DNA of 40,000 nt. Origin: Candidatus Acidiferrales bacterium. Lineage in GTDB: Bacteria > Acidobacteriota > Terriglobia > Acidiferrales > UBA7541. Shown piece by piece: positions 34,731 through 40,000 of the stretch. The stretch covers positions 7,847 through 47,846 of the forward strand of contig JBOGNE010000027.1 in assembly GCA_050747005.1 (NCBI GenBank), read 5' to 3'. The stretch's first letter is position 1. Each line of letters starts with the position of its first letter. A program made the position numbers and the translations under genes. The notes below the pieces were generated by a model. The model had not been told where the DNA came from, made no database searches, and saw nothing but the letters and a program-made list of their open reading frames with translations.

Positions 34731-36445
34731 TAATGCTTGGTAAGCAAGAAGCTGCCGGCAATCAGAGCGTCGGTTCCGGAACAGTAGTAGCTCCGAACCG
34801 CATCCCGAGGGCTCACGACCAGCGGTTCGCCGAAAAGATTGAAGGACGTGTTAATGAGTATTGGCGCGGGGGCGTTTTCGCCGGATCGCTTGAGCAGCTT
34901 CCAGAGCAAAGGATTGTCCTCCGCGTCCACCACATGCAGTCGCACCAGGTTCCCAGGCAACAGAAACCCCGCCGGCAAGCCACCGAGCAATTTCCGGCCT
35001 TCTTCATTTGCAGTTGCCATCGTCGTCATGAACCGGCCATTCGCCGAACACTCGAAGTAGCGCGCGCAATGCTCGGCCGGCATTGAGAGCGCAAACGGAC
35101 GAAATGATTCCCGATGTTTCACGTAGTCGTTCAAATTTTCTTTTACATAGGGCGCCCAGGGCGATGCAAGCAGGCTGCGGTTCCCCAATGCACGCGGTCC
35201 AAATTCCGCCGCGCCCTGATACCAGGCAACGATCTTTCCAGCCTCAAGCAGCCGCACTGCTTCTTCGATTTTGCGATCTTCTGAATCGCACCAGCGATAC
35301 ACGTCTTTGCAGTTGTCGAGCACCTGCTTGATGGCTTCGTTGGGATAACTGGGTCCTGCGTACACGTTCGTCATGCGCTCGAATCGCGCCGCCCCGGGCG
35401 TTTTGTGCCATGCAAGCCATGCAGCACCCAGGGAAGTGCCTTCGTTGCCCGTCGCAGGTTGAACGAAAATCCGCTCGAAACCCGTGTTCTTCTCAATGGC
35501 CGAAACCAATAGCGGATTCAAAAAAAGTCCGCCCGCTAAACACAAATTGCGTTCCGCCGTCCGGTTGCGCAGCGATTCCAGCCAGTCCCAGACCACGGTT
35601 GCGCAAGCCCTTTGCACGCTGCTTGCGATATTAGCCCGGAGCGGGTCGCCAAGCATCGCTTCGGAATCGCGAGAGGTTCCCAGACGCGCGTAAAACTTCT
35701 CGGTGAAAGAGATCTGGCCCGCAAACTCATTCTGAAAATATCGTCCGTTGAGACGCGGTGGTCCCGGCGGATGACGCCGCAGAATACTCAGAAAAAAATC
35801 GGCAAAGATCGGCTCTCCTGCGAGGCTTAGCCACTGCGTTTTGTGCTCGTCTGCATGCGGCCGAAAGCCCAGCAGCGTCGTGAACTGTGTGTAAGCCCAG
35901 GCGAGCGAATGTGGAAGATGGACGGAAGCCAGTTCGCGAATCTGAAGGTTTTCACCGATACCAGCAAAGCCAGCGCGCCCGTCGCCTCGTTCGTCGAGCG
36001 TGACGATCAACGCTCGCTCGAATCCGGACGCGAAATAGGCGCTGGCGGCGTGGCACAGATGATGATCGTAGCCTGCAACGCGGCCTTCGGGACCGTCGGC
36101 CAAAGCGCGCACGATGCGGAAATTGTTTAGCTCGCGGCCGAGCTCACCGAACGCTTTGTTCAGGAAATAGCCGCTCGAAAGGGGACTGAGCGGTGCAAGA
36201 CGCGTGCGAAACAGCGTCTGACGACGCCATGCGACTGCGGGACGGCTGGCGATGGCAATCTGATCGACGCTGCGCCAGTCGATGCCTGCGCGGTCCAGGC
36301 AATGCTGAATCGCCAGGCGAGGTATCCCCGCGGCTGACCGCGAACGCGCGAGTTTTCCCTCTTCGATCGCAGCGACCACGCCGCGCTCGTTCAGCAGGGC
36401 GGCCGCCGCATCGTGCACCATCGAAGAGAGACCCAAAATGTACAT
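34730..36445 (-). CDS. Carbamoyltransferase (NodU/CmcH family)
   Basis: The N-terminus MYILGLSSMVHDAAAALL..., the HHLCHAASAYF motif and the C-terminal NTSFNLFGEPLV are typical of NodU-type O-carbamoyltransferases. Confidence 0.8.
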   Translation of the reverse strand: MYILGLSSMVHDAAAALLNERGVVAAIEEGKLARSRSAAGIPRLAIQHCLDRAGIDWRSVDQIAIASRPAVAWRRQTLFRTRLAPLSPLSSGYFLNKAFGELGRELNNFRIVRALADGPEGRVAGYDHHLCHAASAYFASGFERALIVTLDERGDGRAGFAGIGENLQIRELASVHLPHSLAWAYTQFTTLLGFRPHADEHKTQWLSLAGEPIFADFFLSILRRHPPGPPRLNGRYFQNEFAGQISFTEKFYARLGTSRDSEAMLGDPLRANIASSVQRACATVVWDWLESLRNRTAERNLCLAGGLFLNPLLVSAIEKNTGFERIFVQPATGNEGTSLGAAWLAWHKTPGAARFERMTNVYAGPSYPNEAIKQVLDNCKDVYRWCDSEDRKIEEAVRLLEAGKIVAWYQGAAEFGPRALGNRSLLASPWAPYVKENLNDYVKHRESFRPFALSMPAEHCARYFECSANGRFMTTMATANEEGRKLLGGLPAGFLLPGNLVRLHVVDAEDNPLLWKLLKRSGENAPAPILINTSFNLFGEPLVVSPRDAVRSYYCSGTDALIAGSFLLTKH

Positions 36446-36523
36446 GCTAGCTGGTTTGTATCACGGACAGGCGCAGCATCAAGTAATTCCGCATTTCACG
36501 GAACGATCCGCGCCAGCCCCGGC

Positions 36524-37732
36524 TCAGCCGTGCGGTTGCGAGAGCGGGCGCCCGCGGGTTAGCAGCCCGCGTATTCCCAGTAGCACCAGCCGAGGCTGGC
36601 GAAGGCAGACGCGCCACAGAATCTTCCAGGCTTCATCACGCGAATACTCGGCCAGCGATTGCTTTGTAGGGTCGCTCAGCAAATCCACCAGATAACTGTA
36701 ATCGGCCTGTTCGAAATCGTGCATCGACTTGCGGAGCAAAAGATGAACGTCCAGTTCGCGGCGAAGCATCTGCAATTCACGGCTTGCGCCTCCATTGAGA
36801 ATCGCCTGCGCGACGCCCAGAGCTCCGCGCAAGCCGGTGACAATTCCGCCGACGGTGGTGACCTTCACCTGGGCGGCTGCGTCCCCCACTAGATAGACAG
36901 CGCCTCTTCCCACATTTCGCCTGACCGGAACCCAACGCGTGTACACGGGAATGCGCGCACCCTGAAATTCAATCGGTTCCAGTTGTTTTTTCTCGAGAAA
37001 CTGCTCCAGAGCACGTCGCGTTTCAGGACCGGTAAGGCCGATGAGGCCAAGCGCGCCGCGCGTGGGCGATTCCGGGATGAGCCAGTAAAAATAGGGAGTG
37101 TCTTGCGGAACAAACCACACGCGCGCTGTATCCGGCGACATATCCTTTGGCAGCCGTACGATTGCCTGCACCAGAGGCACGGTGCGTAGAGGCGGCCACC
37201 CTGCCGCGCGCGCCACGCAACTTGTCGCTCCGTCGCCGCCGACTACAGTTTCCGCGTGGACTTCCTCGCGCATTCCGTCGCTGCATCGCTCGACTTCAAG
37301 CACCACACCACGGCCATTTGGATGCATCGCGTGGAAGCGGCGTCCGAACTCAATAGATGCGCCGGCGCGTTCAGCTTCTCCGGCGAGGCTCTGGATCAAA
37401 GCGCGGCGTTCGATGATCAAATCGGGATTCGTCAGAGGTACTGTCGCGGAGCGGCCGTCCGTAAAAAGTTCGAACCGGCGAATCTCGTTGGCGATGCAGC
37501 CCTCAGCCGTGCGGCCCAGCAAATGCCGCATCTGGTGAGTGACGATCAGCGTGCGCTCCGCTGGCTCGAGCGATTCGATACGCTCGAACACGCGTACCGG
37601 ACGTCCCTGCCGCGCGAGCAACGAAGCTGTAAAAAGCCCGGCTGCCGATCCGCCTATCACCGCAACGTTTCCGGCTTCGGAGCGGGATGTGGGCAGAGAC
37701 GCGTTCGCGGGGTTGCTTTGCTGGCGCGCCAT
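36524..37732 (-). CDS. FAD-dependent oxidoreductase (geranylgeranyl-reductase-like family)
   Basis: FAD-binding VAVIGGSAAGLFTASLLARQGRPVRVFE and a later GDAAAQVKVTT motif. Confidence 0.7.
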   Translation of the reverse strand: MARQQSNPANASLPTSRSEAGNVAVIGGSAAGLFTASLLARQGRPVRVFERIESLEPAERTLIVTHQMRHLLGRTAEGCIANEIRRFELFTDGRSATVPLTNPDLIIERRALIQSLAGEAERAGASIEFGRRFHAMHPNGRGVVLEVERCSDGMREEVHAETVVGGDGATSCVARAAGWPPLRTVPLVQAIVRLPKDMSPDTARVWFVPQDTPYFYWLIPESPTRGALGLIGLTGPETRRALEQFLEKKQLEPIEFQGARIPVYTRWVPVRRNVGRGAVYLVGDAAAQVKVTTVGGIVTGLRGALGVAQAILNGGASRELQMLRRELDVHLLLRKSMHDFEQADYSYLVDLLSDPTKQSLAEYSRDEAWKILWRVCLRQPRLVLLGIRGLLTRGRPLSQPHG

Positions 37733-37926
37733 AATCGTCCGTAAGGTTCGGCCTCATGGGAAAAGCAGAATTAAAACGCAATGCGGCTCTCAGTAAGCCG
37801 CTGCATTGAAACATCTCTTTGTCCGCGCGGACTGCCCGCTTCGTGCATTCAGCGCGGAAAGACTCTCACGAAAGTATAGCCTAGACGCACCTATCCCCCA
37901 AAGAGAAGCACGGTCTTAGAAAACTC

Positions 37927-38991
37927 TCAGCGCGCCTCTGAAGGTTTATGAAGCTTCCCTTGGCGTTCGTACGGGACGCTCTCGAGGAAAAAAACTGCGA
38001 GGAGCATGCATGCGGCGAGCATTGCTGCCAGCGCATACGCCGTGGCTGCCGACAACCAGGGAGCGAGAAGCGCGAGTCCGCCTGAAACAGCGCCGAAAAG
38101 GTACATCACCAGAACGGCGCCACGCTGGCCCAGCCCCAGATTCGACAGTCGATGGGCCGTGTGATCCTTCCCGGGAGACGTGAAGGGAAGCAAGCCGCGT
38201 CGCGTGCGGGAGATGATGACCAGGCTGGTATCGAAGATCGGAACGGCGAGAATTAACACGGGGACAAGCCAGGTAACCGGAAACGCAATATTTATCGGCC
38301 TAATTTTTAGGCCGAGGGTCGCCATCAGAAACCCGAGGAACATCGCGCCGCCATCGCCCATGAAAATCTTTGCTGGATTGAAATTCCACCGCAGAAATCC
38401 GACCGCTGCGCCAAGCGTGGCGGCTGCCAGCGTGCAAACGAGCGTCTGGCCGTTCATGCTTGCCGAGATCGTGAAGAACAGCGCGGCCATCGCTGCAACG
38501 CCGGCGCAAAGGCCGTCCATGTGGTCCAGAATGCTGAATGACGCCGTGATGCCCACAACCCAAATAATCGTGAAGCAGGCGTCAAGCGCCACGCCCGCGG
38601 CTCCCGGCACGAACGGTGAAAAAAGTTGCGCTCGAATTCCGGATGTCAGCAAGAATATCGCGGCGGCCGGCATGCCGATGAACAGTTTTACCTGGTGATG
38701 CAACAGACCGCCATCGTCGAGGAACCCAACGACGGCAAGAAGGGTCGCGCCCGCGAGAATGCCGATAATCTGCTGCTCCGGCACCGCAGGAAGCGTGAGC
38801 AGAATCGCGAGCACGAAGCCGAGATAGATGGCGATGCCGCCGAGAAGCGGAATCGGCTTGACGTGCACTTTGCGGGAATCCGGCCGATCCACCATCCCGT
38901 AACGAAGCGCCATGCGCCGGACTGGAATCGTCAGCGCCAGCGAGGTCACCAGCGCCACGGCGAACGCGATCAAGTCGGTTGGAATTTTCAT
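37927..38991 (-). CDS. Polyprenyl-phosphate N-acetylhexosamine-1-phosphate transferase (MraY/WecA family, GT4)
   Basis: About 10-11 predicted TM helices. Family motifs include DDGGLLHHQVKL, NPAKIFMGDGGAMFLGF and SILDHMDGL. The ATG at 38991 (MKIPTDLIAF) is preferred over the track start at 39075. Confidence 0.8.
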   Translation of the reverse strand: MKIPTDLIAFAVALVTSLALTIPVRRMALRYGMVDRPDSRKVHVKPIPLLGGIAIYLGFVLAILLTLPAVPEQQIIGILAGATLLAVVGFLDDGGLLHHQVKLFIGMPAAAIFLLTSGIRAQLFSPFVPGAAGVALDACFTIIWVVGITASFSILDHMDGLCAGVAAMAALFFTISASMNGQTLVCTLAAATLGAAVGFLRWNFNPAKIFMGDGGAMFLGFLMATLGLKIRPINIAFPVTWLVPVLILAVPIFDTSLVIISRTRRGLLPFTSPGKDHTAHRLSNLGLGQRGAVLVMYLFGAVSGGLALLAPWLSAATAYALAAMLAACMLLAVFFLESVPYERQGKLHKPSEAR

Positions 38992-38995
38992 CGTG

Positions 38996-40000
38996 TTAAG
39001 ACTGGGAAAGTTCGCTTGCGATGCCAGAGGGAGCCTTGCCGTTCTTTTCCTGCACCGCGCCTTCCATGATTCCAACGAAGCGTTTCAGTTCATCGACTCT
39101 AGCATAGTGGTGCGCGGTCTCCCTCGCGCGCCGGCACATTTCCAAGAGCCGCGCCGGGTCGGCGCGCATGGCGCGGATAGCCGCGGCAACCGCGGCCGGG
39201 TCGTCGGGATCGGCTGCCATCCCGCAGCCTGATTTCAGCACGATACCCGCTGCATCGCTTTCAGCGGCCGCCACAACAAGAACTGGACGGCCCGCGGCAA
39301 GTATCGAATACAGCTTACTTGGCACCACGATCCCTTCGAGACCTCGGCGTACTGTAACGATGTGTATATCCCCCGCCATCATCACGTGCGGCACCTGTTC
39401 AACTGGACGAAACGGCAGAAACCGCACGTTCGGCGAGGCAGAGGCAGATGCTTCGAGTGATGCGCGGTTTGCCCCATCTCCGATGAACACGAGGCCGGTA
39501 TTTTCGTTGCGTAGTATCTCTGCCGCCTCCAACAGAGTACTCCAAGCGCCGTAAAATCCGAGATTACCCGCGTGCAATGCGACGAAGCGGAAGCCTCCGC
39601 GAATTTCCTGCACCACGGGATCGCCAATGTCTGGCATCGAACCTGATATCGTCGCCCCATCCCGTACAACCACAACGCGTTCCGGAGCCACTCCTTTGGA
39701 CAGGATGCGCTCGCGCATATCGTCGCCGAGAACAATCACACGGGCCGCCTGGCCCAAAGCGGCCCGGTGCATTCGCTCCCACCGCCGCACCCACCCACTC
39801 GGCCGGACAATGTCACCCCCTATGGCCATGTCGGGATACATGTCCCGAATATTGTAGACGAATGGACGCCGCGACATCCGCGCAACAAACGCGCCCGCAA
39901 TGCCGGCAACCGGAGGATCCGTCATCGCGAGAATAACATCGGCGCGAATCGAAAGCGCGCGGGGAACTGCAAGCGCCAGGTACGATAAATAGTTTGAAAC
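38996..40000 (-). CDS. Glycosyltransferase family 4/1 (WcaI-like), 5' end outside the window
   Basis: GT-B C-terminal domain (FLPFRPVEQVPHVMMAGDIHIVTVRRGLEGIVVPSKLYSILAAGRPVL). The reading frame stays open upstream of the track Met (39925) to the window edge (VSNYLSYLALAVPRALSIRADVILAMTDPP), so the gene is partial. Confidence 0.7.
   Translation of the reverse strand, partial: VSNYLSYLALAVPRALSIRADVILAMTDPPVAGIAGAFVARMSRRPFVYNIRDMYPDMAIGGDIVRPSGWVRRWERMHRAALGQAARVIVLGDDMRERILSKGVAPERVVVVRDGATISGSMPDIGDPVVQEIRGGFRFVALHAGNLGFYGAWSTLLEAAEILRNENTGLVFIGDGANRASLEASASASPNVRFLPFRPVEQVPHVMMAGDIHIVTVRRGLEGIVVPSKLYSILAAGRPVLVVAAAESDAAGIVLKSGCGMAADPDDPAAVAAAIRAMRADPARLLEMCRRARETAHHYARVDELKRFVGIMEGAVQEKNGKAPSGIASELSQS

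Overview
This is a high-GC bacterial chromosomal window. Gene content and composition suggest an Acidobacteriota-like soil bacterium, but that is inference only. Ordinary housekeeping and envelope genes lie on both sides. On the left are lptD, an amidase, a ccdA/tlpA/cyaY/dsbD-alpha redox cluster and gltX. On the right are a GAF-GGDEF-HD-GYP signalling protein, osmC, fabH, an Ig-repeat lipoprotein and a UDP-sugar/glycan cluster. Between them, at 8486-22295, sits a visibly more AT-rich 13.8-kb insertion. It is bounded by perfect 71-bp terminal inverted repeats and a 15-bp direct duplication (ccaaaccgccaaacg). The insertion encodes a stand-alone Cas1 with a C-terminal Zn-ribbon/HTH tail, a family B DNA polymerase and an HNH-like protein. 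There is no cas2 and no CRISPR array, so I call it a complete, apparently recently integrated casposon. Its cargo is unusual. It includes a complete His-Xaa-Ser (HxsA/D/B/C) twin radical-SAM peptide-maturation operon plus a methyltransferase. It also includes a Rap1a/Tai4-like immunity protein, a TIR-like gene split by a homopolymer frameshift, a 500-aa protein with a PD-(D/E)xK-like nuclease motif, and a small HEPN-like ORF interrupted by a stop codon. No tRNA, rRNA or CRISPR array was recognised. All family assignments come from motif recognition by eye and need HMM or BLAST confirmation.
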